Position numbers and translations under genes: made by a program
Shown: piece after piece, positions 1 to 9,531 of the stretch
Position numbering within the stretch: position 1 is the first letter of the stretch
How the letters are laid out: each line of letters opens with the position of its first letter
Notes under the pieces: generated by a model
What the model was told of the DNA's origin: nothing
What the model saw: only the letters and a program-made list of their open reading frames with translations
Databases searched by the model: none
IMG/VR virus record: IMGVR_UViG_3300013121_000030
Coordinates: 64,001 to 128,000 of that record
DNA: 64,000 nucleotides
Reading direction: 5' to 3' (one strand)
From: an uncultured virus (IMG/VR IMGVR_UViG_3300013121_000030)
Taxonomy: Duplodnaviria > Heunggongvirae > Uroviricota > Caudoviricetes

Positions 1-1206
1 ATGCGTCCTCGGACTCATTGTGAGTGTGGTTGTGGAGAAAGACTAGAGAAGACGGTCGAGCACAAACGGGGAAGCGCAAAGGCATTCTTCCGAAGGTTCA
101 AACCCCACCACAGCACCAAAGTGCGCGACATTAACTCTTCTCAGGAATTTCCTGATTTCGAGTTCGTAGAAGCCGATGAAATTTCGGCGGGGGACTATCT
201 CGTGTTCTCTGGCTACGGTGTCGTAGAGGACACTCAAGTTTCCGAAGAAAAAGCCGAACTTATTGGGCTGTTCTTGGCGGAGGGAAGTTTCATAAAAAGA
301 GACGGAAAGCGCGTAGGGATTGAGTTTGCTTTTGGGTGGAACGAAGAAGATACTCTCGCTACCCATTGCGCCAACCTTTTGCGACAATCCTTCGGCACTA
401 GAGAGCCGACTCTTCAATGGGAAGAGCTTATAACTCCTGAGGTCCTTCCGGTAAAACACCGGAGAGGGTGTGCGGAAGCATCGTGTCCACGATGTTGTGC
501 TCCTTCCGAATACCAATACAATGCAGGAAAAGAGAGACATACTTGCAAGGTATGCCACCATACGTGGAAATCATCCTCAACAATGGGGACTGTTCGGACG
601 TATCGTTCCTCAAATGAGGAAAAAGGAACGACACGGGTTCGTCTCATGGACTCTGTGGCGGCTAATTTCTTTTTTGAGTGGTGCGGAGAATATAGCCCGA
701 CCAAACAACTAAACTCGAAGGCTGTGGCTTGGCCACACACACTTCAACACCGCATCTTGTCGGGTTGGTTCTCAGGGGATGGTACAAACATCGCACAGGG
801 TGCGGTGGGTTGCACAACCTCACGGACTCTCGCGGATCAAATGCGCCTTTTGGCTACGCGATGCGGTGTTTATGCCCGACAGGAGATTGTCGTTGGACAA
901 TCCACATTGAAGAGTAAGAAAGTTTCTTCGGGCCTCTCTGTTCAGGAGATCCTTGTACGCGATGAGTATGGCCTTCTTCCTTTACATCGTGTTGTAATCC
1001 CAAGTCCTCCTCCATGGTTGGGACCGAAATTTACGGCTTCTTCCCGGCCTACCCTCAAAGTTGAGGGGAATGAATACAAGAGGATCCGCGGAAGCTCCAT
1101 CTATCGCGTCCGTAAAACTTCACGAGTCCCTTATCATGGGGAAGTTTACAACTTCGAGGTCCAAGGAGATAATTCCTATGTGGTCGAAGGAGTAGCAGTC
1201 CACAAC
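1..1206 (+). mobile_element. Intein (C-terminal part) with LAGLIDADG homing endonuclease
   Basis: LIGLFLAEGS and LSGWFSGDG motifs; C-terminal splice blocks VYNFEVQGDNSYVVEGVAVHN followed by Cys at 1207. Confidence 0.88.
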
Positions 1207-2016
1207 TGCCAGCATATCCGTTACGAGAAGGGGAACACGTTCTACGACGAGCGTGGGATGCCCAATAAGATCGCGGAGCTGTGTGGGCACGAGAGCATCG
1301 ACCCAACGGGCGGAGTCCAATTCATCGAAGCTTCATGGGTGGGAACACCTGCCTTTACTGGGGCGGTGATGCGGAATATTATCCAGCCCGAAGAAATCGA
1401 CACTGCGACATTCCAAAAAATCCTGAAGAGCAAGGCAACGGAACCCAATCCCAATGCCACCCCCAAGGCGGCCAACTTGAAGCGTCGTGCCGAAGACTTT
1501 GACTTCGATATGGGAGGAGAGGACGAGGCTCCTGCTCCCGACGAGGCGAAGAAGGAAGAGAAAGAAAAGGATCCTCTTCGTGAGGTCGAGGATGAACTGG
1601 AGCAAACGGTTGTAGATCGCGTCAAAAAGCGCATCCAGGATCGTCTTCAGAAGGAAGAACAGGCCAAGTCCTTGAAGCCTGAAGGTGAACTGGCGACCTC
1701 CAACGACTCCAATGTTTTCAAGGAAGCCTCCAGGAAGATCGCCTACCAGACCTCCTTGGACATCATGGCGCGTACTGCGGCTAGTGATGCAACACTAATT
1801 TCGCAAGTTGCGATGCTGAATCGTAGATTTGGAATCTATATTCCAAATCGCATCTATAGAGCTTCCTTGAAAGTTGGTCCGACTTCCAAGTACGGCTCCC
1901 TCCAGAACTACCTCCGGTCCTGCCAGAGAGTTCTGGGTTCGATCACTCCCCAGGAGGCGACGACACTTGTTCGTCTCGGGCACCTCCTAAACAAGCGGAA
2001 AAGAACGGTATCCTAA
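1..2016 (+). CDS. Prohead (capsid maturation) protease interrupted by an intein; 5' part lies outside the window
   Basis: After the intein end (YVVEGVAVHN/C) the extein has FIEASWVGTPAF, resembling the E-x-S-x-V-x-x-P-A motif of HK97/herpes-fold prohead proteases; lies upstream of scaffold and capsid genes. Confidence 0.75.
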   Translation: MRPRTHCECGCGERLEKTVEHKRGSAKAFFRRFKPHHSTKVRDINSSQEFPDFEFVEADEISAGDYLVFSGYGVVEDTQVSEEKAELIGLFLAEGSFIKRDGKRVGIEFAFGWNEEDTLATHCANLLRQSFGTREPTLQWEELITPEVLPVKHRRGCAEASCPRCCAPSEYQYNAGKERHTCKVCHHTWKSSSTMGTVRTYRSSNEEKGTTRVRLMDSVAANFFFEWCGEYSPTKQLNSKAVAWPHTLQHRILSGWFSGDGTNIAQGAVGCTTSRTLADQMRLLATRCGVYARQEIVVGQSTLKSKKVSSGLSVQEILVRDEYGLLPLHRVVIPSPPPWLGPKFTASSRPTLKVEGNEYKRIRGSSIYRVRKTSRVPYHGEVYNFEVQGDNSYVVEGVAVHNCQHIRYEKGNTFYDERGMPNKIAELCGHESIDPTGGVQFIEASWVGTPAFTGAVMRNIIQPEEIDTATFQKILKSKATEPNPNATPKAANLKRRAEDFDFDMGGEDEAPAPDEAKKEEKEKDPLREVEDELEQTVVDRVKKRIQDRLQKEEQAKSLKPEGELATSNDSNVFKEASRKIAYQTSLDIMARTAASDATLISQVAMLNRRFGIYIPNRIYRASLKVGPTSKYGSLQNYLRSCQRVLGSITPQEATTLVRLGHLLNKRKRTVS

Positions 2017-2033
2017 AGATCAGAGGAGAACCC

Positions 2034-4304
2034 ATGGCACGTCAGCGCACAACCTGGAAACGATACGCATCCCCTCCCCCCCAGATGCCGGCAGTCGGCG
2101 TCACGGAAGATCCTGGCCACCCGGCGTACTACCCGGACCCTGAGGCCGACAAGTATAGGACGGGGGATACCTCGTCATGGGCGGAGGATCCCCATCCGGG
2201 TCCGTACGCCACTCCCGGGTCTGTTCCTCCAGCAATGCCCGGTAATCTTGTCACAGAGGACGTCCAGCATCCCGCATTTGTTTTGAAGCAGGCAGCCCTT
2301 CATCGGGTGGCCCAACAGCGTGCGAGGATTTGCGTTCGCATTGCCTCGCTTTTGCTTCCTCCGTCAGCCTCAGAGGCTGCGATTGAGAAGCGTGCTGACA
2401 GCCTCATGGACTTCCACACCGCAGACCTTCGCAATATGTTGGCAGGCCTGATTCAGGCCAAGAAGGCTGAGGACGACTCAGAGGAGGAGGATGTGGAGGA
2501 CGACGAGGACGAAGAAATTGAAGAGGAGGAAGAGGAAGAGGAGATGACAGCCAAGAAGAAGGCTGCCCTCCGTCGTCTTGCTCTCCTCCGCAAGGCCAAG
2601 AAGGCTGAGGACGACTCAGAGGAGGAGGAGGAAGACAAGGAGGAGGATGAGATGACAGCCAAGAAGAAGGCTGCTCTCCGTCGCCTTGCTCTCCTCCGCA
2701 AGGCCAAGAAGGCTGAGGACGACTCAGAGGAGGAGGAGATCGAGGAGGACGATGACGAAGAGGAAGAGGAGATGACAGCCAAGAAGAAGGCTGCCCTCCG
2801 CCGTCTTGCTCTCCTTCGCAAAGCCAAGAAGGCTGAGGACGACTCAGAGGACGTCGAGGCTGAAGATGAGGAAGAGAAGTCCGCCAAGAAGAAAGCCAAG
2901 AAGGCTGCCCTCCGCCGCAAGGCGGAGGAGATGATGATGGAGGACGATGAGGACATCCTCGCCAATGTGAAGAGGGATTGCTCTCCCTCTTCCAATAAGC
3001 CTTATGGGGATCGGGACTCGACATCCAAGGCTTATCGAGAACTCTACGATGAGTGCTATGCCGACTTCAAGACAGCCTCCCCCAAGCTTTCCAAGAAGGC
3101 TGAGGACGACTCAGAGGACGTCGAGGCTGAAGACGAGGACAAGGAGGCCAAGAAGGCAGCTTCCTTGCTCTTCAAGCACTTGAAGCGTCTCGCTGCGGAA
3201 GAGGAGAAAGAGGAAGAGGACAAGGAAGCCAAGAAGAAGGCTGCCCTCCGCCGTAAGGCTGAGGAGGATGCTGAGATTGAGGAGGAGACCACAGCCAAGA
3301 AGAAGGCTGCTCTTCGCCACAAGGCAAAGCTGGCAATCTTGAAGGCAGCTTCTCGTAAAAAGAAGGCTGCGGAGCAGCTCCGAGAGCGCAAGGCCAGCCT
3401 CGCCTACCTCAAGAAGGTCTTGAAGACTGCAGCCGGTCGCAAGCGCGCTTCGGATTTCTTCGGCATGGACACCGATGAAATCAAGGCATGCATGTGCGCG
3501 GAGGAAGAGGATCTCAAGGCGTGCGAGATGGAGGCAGAGGATTTGGATGGTGACGGTGTCGACCAGGACCGCAACGACTACTCCACCTCGGCCTATCCTC
3601 AAAAGAATGTTGGCATTGCCGCATCCGAGGAAGACATCACCGCAGATTTGGACATGATGGCGGACGAAGACCCGACTGCCTTCATGGACGAGGATGAGGA
3701 AATTCTTCTGATTGACGATGATGACGACGACATCATGGTCGAAGAGATTGAGGATGAGGATCCGACTGACTTCGATTTTGAAGACCCCACTGACTTTGAA
3801 GTCGAGGACGATCTCGATATTATGGCGGGGGACACAGAGGTCGAGGCAGAGGATGACGACTCTGAGCTAATGGCCATGTTGCGCAGCATGGCTGCCTCTG
3901 ATGAAGGGGAAGAGAGCGAAGAGGAAGAGACTGCGGCAAAGAAGGCATCTGAGGAGTCGGATGCAGTCGAGCCACACTTCCCCACTCCCTGGAGCGGGGA
4001 AGGAGGGAATGTCAATCCTCCGAAGTCCCCGGTGACTCCTCAGGTAGCTCAGTCCCTGAAGCAAGCCAGCGTGGATCCAATGGGGATGATGGATGCTGCG
4101 GATGAGGAGTTGGCCATGCTGTTTGGCGGGGCCGCTCCCAAGGCCAAGAAGGCAGGTCTTCGTCCTCAGCCCAAGACTGCTTCTGCGGCCAAGTCCCCAA
4201 AGGCCCTAGGGCAGGTCACTCGCCAGGCTTCTGGCGGGAACCCGGATGACATTTCGATGCTGTCCAAGCTTTGGGACCAGATGCCTGACGTCTCGAAGGT
4301 CTGA
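2034..4304 (+). CDS. Capsid scaffolding / internal head protein, very acidic with K/A-rich repeats
   Basis: Between protease and capsid genes; alternating D/E tracts and KKKAALRR repeats; SD GAGGAG upstream. Confidence 0.6.
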   Translation: MARQRTTWKRYASPPPQMPAVGVTEDPGHPAYYPDPEADKYRTGDTSSWAEDPHPGPYATPGSVPPAMPGNLVTEDVQHPAFVLKQAALHRVAQQRARICVRIASLLLPPSASEAAIEKRADSLMDFHTADLRNMLAGLIQAKKAEDDSEEEDVEDDEDEEIEEEEEEEEMTAKKKAALRRLALLRKAKKAEDDSEEEEEDKEEDEMTAKKKAALRRLALLRKAKKAEDDSEEEEIEEDDDEEEEEMTAKKKAALRRLALLRKAKKAEDDSEDVEAEDEEEKSAKKKAKKAALRRKAEEMMMEDDEDILANVKRDCSPSSNKPYGDRDSTSKAYRELYDECYADFKTASPKLSKKAEDDSEDVEAEDEDKEAKKAASLLFKHLKRLAAEEEKEEEDKEAKKKAALRRKAEEDAEIEEETTAKKKAALRHKAKLAILKAASRKKKAAEQLRERKASLAYLKKVLKTAAGRKRASDFFGMDTDEIKACMCAEEEDLKACEMEAEDLDGDGVDQDRNDYSTSAYPQKNVGIAASEEDITADLDMMADEDPTAFMDEDEEILLIDDDDDDIMVEEIEDEDPTDFDFEDPTDFEVEDDLDIMAGDTEVEAEDDDSELMAMLRSMAASDEGEESEEEETAAKKASEESDAVEPHFPTPWSGEGGNVNPPKSPVTPQVAQSLKQASVDPMGMMDAADEELAMLFGGAAPKAKKAGLRPQPKTASAAKSPKALGQVTRQASGGNPDDISMLSKLWDQMPDVSKV
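2541..2851 (+). repeat. Three intragenic tandem units encoding EMTAKKKAALRRLALLRKAKKAEDDSE
   Basis: Near-identical DNA units with ATG at 2544, 2652 and 2772, separated by variable-length acidic tracts. Confidence 0.9.
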
Positions 4305-4315
4305 TCACTCTTCAG

Positions 4316-4354
4316 AAAAAAGAGCCGGGGGATGCGTCTCCCGGCTCTTTTTTT
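4316..4354 (+). terminator. Intrinsic terminator (likely bidirectional)
   Basis: aaaaaagagccggg...cccggctctttttt hairpin with A/T tracts after the scaffold gene. Confidence 0.85.
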
Positions 4355-4476
4355 GTTCTCGCACTAAATATTTAGTGCATGTGGCGAAACATTATTCAGA
4401 AGAGACCTACTCGTAGAAATCATTCTCCGGGGGGATCTCCAAACGGCACCCTCTTGTACACAAGGAGCTTCAGCCC

Positions 4477-5136
4477 ATGGCAGAGCTTGGACAGGCGAGC
4501 GGTGGTTGGACCGAAAGTTCCTCAGCCCTCCGTATTTTGGAAGTAGGCGTGAGGAACACCCTCGGGATTGCAACGACTGACGCTTTTACGCAAACCAATC
4601 CCCCAATCGTCACCACGGCGATCACAATCTCAACCCAGGTCAACACTCGTGCCTTTGGCGTCCTTTCGGGGTCCGTCATTTTCGCACGACGTGACCAGGG
4701 GTCCAACTACATCGGTGGCCCGGTCGAGCCGGGTGCCCCCAACAACATTCTGATCCGTCCGCTGGGCGTCCTGATCAACAACGCGGCAGGCAATGCGTTT
4801 GAGAACCAGCCAGCAGTTGCTTCAGGTCGAATCCCCTACGTCAGCGGCCAGGGCGTTTATGGTAACCGTCTCTTTGAGACCCAGGCGCTCGCTGCGGCGG
4901 CTCCCCTGGCTCAGGGTGACCAGATCATCTACTCCACGGGCCAGGAACTGATTGCTTCGCGCAATGGTTACCTCCAGATGCGAGTCACCACTCAGACGGG
5001 TGCTGCGGTATCGTTGGATATTGCCACCATCGCATCTGAAGTTGCCAACGGTGCAGCTGCTTCAACAACCATTGGCATTCTCAAGATGCCACCCGACTCC
5101 ACCATGTACGAGCTGATCTACGACCAGCGGATCTAA
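4477..5136 (+). CDS. Capsid decoration / minor capsid protein
   Basis: 219 aa, G/A/T-rich, directly upstream of major capsid gene; SD AAGGAG. Confidence 0.55.
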   Translation: MAELGQASGGWTESSSALRILEVGVRNTLGIATTDAFTQTNPPIVTTAITISTQVNTRAFGVLSGSVIFARRDQGSNYIGGPVEPGAPNNILIRPLGVLINNAAGNAFENQPAVASGRIPYVSGQGVYGNRLFETQALAAAAPLAQGDQIIYSTGQELIASRNGYLQMRVTTQTGAAVSLDIATIASEVANGAAASTTIGILKMPPDSTMYELIYDQRI

Positions 5137-5154
5137 GAAAGGAGGAAGACTACC

Positions 5155-6033
5155 ATGTCAAACACTAACGTGGATAACGCGGTCAAGCAACAGATCATCT
5201 CCAAGTACATCTTCACGCAGGAGGGGCGCAACAAGATTGCGGCATCGCTCACGATGCCGCTTCGGTCGCGCCGCGACTACACCTCGGTGGGTCGTCGTGC
5301 CTTCCTTGTGGAGCAATTGCCAGATGGGGCACTCGCCATTTACGATAAGGACCCGGATGTTACGGCCTTCGTAATTGGTGAAGAAGGGGACAGCGTTTCC
5401 GCTGTGGTCAAGCCACGGCGTGTGACGGTGCCACTCTTCGAGATCGCTTCGCTTCCTCAGATCCCGCTCACGCAGATCAAGGAGCGTCGCTTCGACCTCA
5501 TCGAGCGTGCTCAGGACCTTGCTCGCGCCCAAATCCAGGCTGCCGAAGACGAGCGCGTCTTCGCTGTTCTGGACGCGGTTGCGGTCAACGGTTTTGACTC
5601 GCTTCCCCCCATCAACCCCGACATTCCGGTGGTCGCCCCGATTTCGGCAGCCGTCCTTGGTGACGCCTTCGCCTCGATCGAGCGCCACGACCTCCGCGTC
5701 AATCGCATTTTCATGAATGCGATCGACTACGCGGACCTTCGGAAGTTCGGCCGAGACATCCTGGACATTGAGTCCCAGGCTGTCCTGCTCAAGTCGGGCA
5801 TCATGGCAAACCTTTGGGGCGCGCAGATCATCACTTCGCGCCAAGTCCCCGCTGGCATCGTTTACATCGTAACCGAGCCGGAAATGCTGGGCCGTATTCC
5901 GGTTCGCACCGAACTTACGGTTCTCAGCGCGGACGACCCCAAGGCCCGCATGATCGGCTTCTCGTGCTTCGAGAACCTGGGAATCATGTGCCACAATCCG
6001 CGTGGTCTGGTTCGCCTTCTGGTCACCAGATAA
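5155..6033 (+). CDS. Major capsid protein (HK97-like fold)
   Basis: 292 aa; pattern of large-phage MCPs (VEQLPDGALAIYDKD, VPLFEIASLP, IQAAED, FMNA..YADLRK, LWGAQIITS..VP, FENLGI); strong SD GAAAGGAGG; terminator downstream. Confidence 0.85.
   Translation: MSNTNVDNAVKQQIISKYIFTQEGRNKIAASLTMPLRSRRDYTSVGRRAFLVEQLPDGALAIYDKDPDVTAFVIGEEGDSVSAVVKPRRVTVPLFEIASLPQIPLTQIKERRFDLIERAQDLARAQIQAAEDERVFAVLDAVAVNGFDSLPPINPDIPVVAPISAAVLGDAFASIERHDLRVNRIFMNAIDYADLRKFGRDILDIESQAVLLKSGIMANLWGAQIITSRQVPAGIVYIVTEPEMLGRIPVRTELTVLSADDPKARMIGFSCFENLGIMCHNPRGLVRLLVTR
5993..6026 (+). repeat. 34-bp direct repeat, copy 1 (3' end of MCP gene)
   Basis: acaatccgcgtggtctggttcgccttctggtcac identical to 9047-9080. Confidence 0.95.
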
Positions 6034-6060
6034 GCCACTGAAGCCCTCCTAGTGGGCTTC

Positions 6061-6101
6061 CAAGAGGGTCAGCAAGTTTCCTTGCTGACCCTCTTGATTT
6101 T
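6061..6101 (+). terminator. Intrinsic terminator after MCP
   Basis: Perfect 16-bp stem caagagggtcagcaag/cttgctgaccctcttg followed by T-rich tract. Confidence 0.8.
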
Positions 6102-6130
6102 GAAAAACCCGATGGTGTAAATACTCGAAC

Positions 6131-8239
6131 ATGAGTGTGGTGAGGAAGTGTCTTCAGTGTCGGGAAGAATTTCGTTTGGAGTCGGGTGAGGTCAACGTAC
6201 GATGCAGGGAGTGTCGGGAGCTTCGCCGACAGAAGGTCTGTCAAAAGTGCTCGGCAGCGTACAAGGATGATTCCGCCAAGAACACTCGGAGATACTGCCC
6301 AGCTTGCACACAAGTACCTCCGCGTGATGGGGGCAGGACTAGAGAGTTGGAGCGAAGGCGTCAAGGCCCACAGGGTAGGATTGACGAGCTGTTTTCAATA
6401 AAAAAGGGGACTCCGACATGGTGGGGCCGCGTTGGGGATTTGCTTTACCTCCAGTTGTTCCCGGGGGCCCTGGACGCCAATCTGGAATACGGCAACAAGT
6501 CTCCCTTCGACCTTGAGTCCAAGGAGCATGGGCGCGTCAACGCAAAAACGGCCAAGTGTCGTCGGTCTCGCCACGGTATCCCAATGTGGCAGTTTCTCTT
6601 GGAAGGGAGAGGAAATTGCGACACGTTCTTTTTGGTCGGATTTGACTCTGACCAGCGACATGTCGTTCACGCTTGGATTGCCCCAGCATCCTCTCTGCCT
6701 CGATCGCTCAAGAGGATGAGCCCTGAGTCGAAGGAATACGATGGCAGGGCCTACGAGGTGGGGGAGGATGTTGTTCGGGTCTTGGATCGCAAGTTCCAGT
6801 CCCTTTTGGACGTGGAGGAGGTGGGCCCTTCTCTACGCAAGAGGCGATACGATCGTGGGATTTTGGGGAATCTTGGTGAGAAGCTCTACGCTCACCAGTT
6901 CCCGAACTCCACACACATTTCCTCTGCCATCTCCAATGCGACGTGGGACTTCACAGACATCGATGGCACCACAGTGAATGTTCGGATCCGAAGGCCCGCT
7001 CAAGATCGCAAGAGGTGGACATTTTTGAGGTCTGGGGCCTCCACCGCAGATGTCTATCACTTCTATGGCCTGGATCCTCGGGGATTGGAGGTTTTGGCAG
7101 CATATCGAGTCCCGACACCTGAGATGCCTACGAAGGGATTTTCAGTCCCTCTCGAAGGGCCCTCCAAATGGGACCGCTTTCGAGTGGGGGATTGGCCCCA
7201 GGGCGTTTCCAGTTTTGTGGATAATACAGATTCCGTGTTTTTGGACATCACATCTCTTCGGGGAGAAACTGTGGCTGCGATGTCTTCTGAGGAAGTCGAG
7301 CTTCTCCTCCAGAGGGCCCTGAAGTTCTTCCGAGGGGAAGGGTTCCCGTTCCCGTCGCCGCTGGATGAGGACCAGTTGAGGGATGCCCTGGAGAAGGTTC
7401 GACGGTTCTCTCCACGTGGGGATTTCATGCCACCGGATGCGTCTGGGGTCTCTATCTGCGATGCGTACCAGCCTGGGCGATTCCACACCAAGAACTGTGC
7501 GGCGGACCACTCTGCCTTCTCAGCCTTCCATGATGATCAGCGGCTCTTGAGAGCACTTCGATTTTGTCTCCAAGGCGCTTCGCCGCGGATGACTTCGGAT
7601 CGGGTGCGGTCAGCATTGACGGCACTCAATCGGACTCCATCCCATTTCCGTCCCACAGTTGCATTTGCTCTTTGCAGGCATTACTTGCCTGACGGAGGGA
7701 CCGTTTTTGATCCGTGTGCTGGATGGGGCGGACGTCTCGTAGGGGCGTTGGCGGCTAGGTGTTCGTATGTGGGGGTGGAACCTGTGGAGTCGACAGTGGA
7801 TGGGCTGCACAAGATTGCCTCCAGGTTGAGAGAGGCCCGCGTTGGGGGAGGCGTGACCATACTTCACTCCACCATTGAGGAGGCTGATTTGGTGGGGGTT
7901 ACCGCAGACTTTGCCTTGACGTCTCCGCCTTATGTGGATCAGGAATCCTACGAAGGATTGGAGTGGTCGGAATATGCGGCCTGGAGATCAGGGTTTCTCC
8001 CATTGATGTTTGAGCGGGTGGAGGAGGTTCTTCGTCCTGGGGGACGATTTGCCGTCAACATCGCCGATGTTCGGCGTGGGAGTAAGACTCTGGCACTCAC
8101 GAGGGATGTTCGAGAGACTGCGGGACGTTTGGGGTGGGTTGAAGAAGGGGGATGGAGGATGGAGCTGGGGTCGTTTGGAGGGCGCCGAAAGGATGAGCCC
8201 ATCCTTGTCTTCAAACGGGTAACAAGCAGATGGGCATGA
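6131..8239 (+). CDS. DNA amino-methyltransferase (N4-C/N6-A) fused to N-terminal Zn fingers and two tandem PD-(D/E)XK-like domains
   Basis: Motif I FDPCAGWGGRL, motif IV LTSPPY; four CxxC pairs at N-terminus; two repeated G..G(D/E)..Y...FP...D......VN.(K/R)...W.F modules. Confidence 0.8.
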   Translation: MSVVRKCLQCREEFRLESGEVNVRCRECRELRRQKVCQKCSAAYKDDSAKNTRRYCPACTQVPPRDGGRTRELERRRQGPQGRIDELFSIKKGTPTWWGRVGDLLYLQLFPGALDANLEYGNKSPFDLESKEHGRVNAKTAKCRRSRHGIPMWQFLLEGRGNCDTFFLVGFDSDQRHVVHAWIAPASSLPRSLKRMSPESKEYDGRAYEVGEDVVRVLDRKFQSLLDVEEVGPSLRKRRYDRGILGNLGEKLYAHQFPNSTHISSAISNATWDFTDIDGTTVNVRIRRPAQDRKRWTFLRSGASTADVYHFYGLDPRGLEVLAAYRVPTPEMPTKGFSVPLEGPSKWDRFRVGDWPQGVSSFVDNTDSVFLDITSLRGETVAAMSSEEVELLLQRALKFFRGEGFPFPSPLDEDQLRDALEKVRRFSPRGDFMPPDASGVSICDAYQPGRFHTKNCAADHSAFSAFHDDQRLLRALRFCLQGASPRMTSDRVRSALTALNRTPSHFRPTVAFALCRHYLPDGGTVFDPCAGWGGRLVGALAARCSYVGVEPVESTVDGLHKIASRLREARVGGGVTILHSTIEEADLVGVTADFALTSPPYVDQESYEGLEWSEYAAWRSGFLPLMFERVEEVLRPGGRFAVNIADVRRGSKTLALTRDVRETAGRLGWVEEGGWRMELGSFGGRRKDEPILVFKRVTSRWA

Positions 8240-9531
8240 ACCCTATTCGAGTCTCTGTAGGTTCTCTCAAGCCTTTTTTGGAGGGGATGGAGGTTGTATG
8301 GTCCCATGCCCAGTGGGCACTGATGAAATATGGGGACAACTTTATCGCTAAGGCGGGTGATATTGCTTGGGTAAATGAGGTGAGGGAGCTTCTTTCTCAA
8401 GGGAAGAAGCCCGAAGAGATTGATCGCATACTCAATGAAAAGTGGCATCGCCACCCAAATGGAGGCGGGTGGGTGGCCAAAACAGCTCATGTTGATTCAA
8501 GCGCCTTTGTAGGAGAAAATTCTATAGTCTATGGCAACGCTAAGATCTACGGCAACGCCTGGGTCAACGACAAGGCTAAGATCTATGGCGACGCTCAAAT
8601 CAGTGATAACGCCGAAGTCTACGGCGGTGCTAGGGTATATAACAACGCTAGTGTCTATGGCGATGCCAGAGTCTATGATGAGGCTCGGATTTATGGTAAC
8701 GCCAAAGTCGGCGACAGCGCTCAGGTCCTGGACTTTGCCCATGTCTTTGACAGCGCCATAATTTGTGGAGGTTCACACATTTTTGGTTGTGCCGAGGTAT
8801 TGGGCAACGCCAAAGTCTATGGCAACGCCAAAGTCTACAGCGCCGCCCAGGTCTCAAACGACGACCAGGTTTGTGGGAGCGCCAGGATTGACGGTGGGCA
8901 TCGCTTCGCTCTCATCGATCATGCTATGGACCTCGCACGTACTAAAAGTTCCTTTCCTGGTGTCCCCATGGGACCTGGTTTTGAGGGACTCCGAGTGGAT
9001 CCAGAAGTGGTCTTCACATGCCGTGAAGAAATGGGGATTGCGTCATACAATCCGCGTGGTCTGGTTCGCCTTCTGGTCACGAGAGAAACTTGCGACAGCA
9101 GCACTCCGTCCATGCTGGCCCGCTCCGCAACAGAGGCGTTGGTGCGCGTCGGTGGACGCGCCTCTGCAACTCTCATTTCACATCTAGCAGCCCAACTCCT
9201 CAAACGGATGGGTCTCCCCGAGTCCCCAACGGCCCAATCCATCCTCATGGTCCTCACGCCCATCGCGGCTCACGCCGTGGGTGTCCGACTCCAAAACGTC
9301 CGCCTCCAACAGTGGTCGCAAGAGGCCCTTCAATCAGTCCTCGCCCAAATGGGCACGGACTTCATTCAGTCCCTCTGGCCCCACGTTCAGGACCACGCCG
9401 AGGTCTTCTTGAAGAACTCCGAAGCTCTGGGAGGAGTTTCCAAAGAACTCCTGTCAGGCAACAGTGTAGACGATCTCTTGACCCTGAAGGGAGGCGATAC
9501 AGCTATCCCCATTCCAGTTGTTGAAGGCTGA
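8230..9531 (+). CDS. Left-handed beta-helix (hexapeptide repeat) protein carrying an MCP-like C-terminal peptide and a helical tail
   Basis: HRHPNGGGWVA followed by (V/I)YGNAK-type hexapeptides; contains YNPRGLVRLLVTR matching the MCP C-terminus. Confidence 0.7.
   Translation: MGMNPIRVSVGSLKPFLEGMEVVWSHAQWALMKYGDNFIAKAGDIAWVNEVRELLSQGKKPEEIDRILNEKWHRHPNGGGWVAKTAHVDSSAFVGENSIVYGNAKIYGNAWVNDKAKIYGDAQISDNAEVYGGARVYNNASVYGDARVYDEARIYGNAKVGDSAQVLDFAHVFDSAIICGGSHIFGCAEVLGNAKVYGNAKVYSAAQVSNDDQVCGSARIDGGHRFALIDHAMDLARTKSSFPGVPMGPGFEGLRVDPEVVFTCREEMGIASYNPRGLVRLLVTRETCDSSTPSMLARSATEALVRVGGRASATLISHLAAQLLKRMGLPESPTAQSILMVLTPIAAHAVGVRLQNVRLQQWSQEALQSVLAQMGTDFIQSLWPHVQDHAEVFLKNSEALGGVSKELLSGNSVDDLLTLKGGDTAIPIPVVEG
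9047..9080 (+). repeat. 34-bp direct repeat, copy 2
   Basis: Identical to 5993-6026, in the same reading frame. Confidence 0.95.

Noticed and set aside
2455-3330. Scaffold repeats as a CRISPR or non-coding array
   Set aside because: In-frame coding repeats with synonymous variation and low-complexity linkers
8500-8900. AAC-rich hexapeptide region as a diversity-generating retroelement template
   Set aside because: No second copy differing at adenines and no reverse transcriptase in the window
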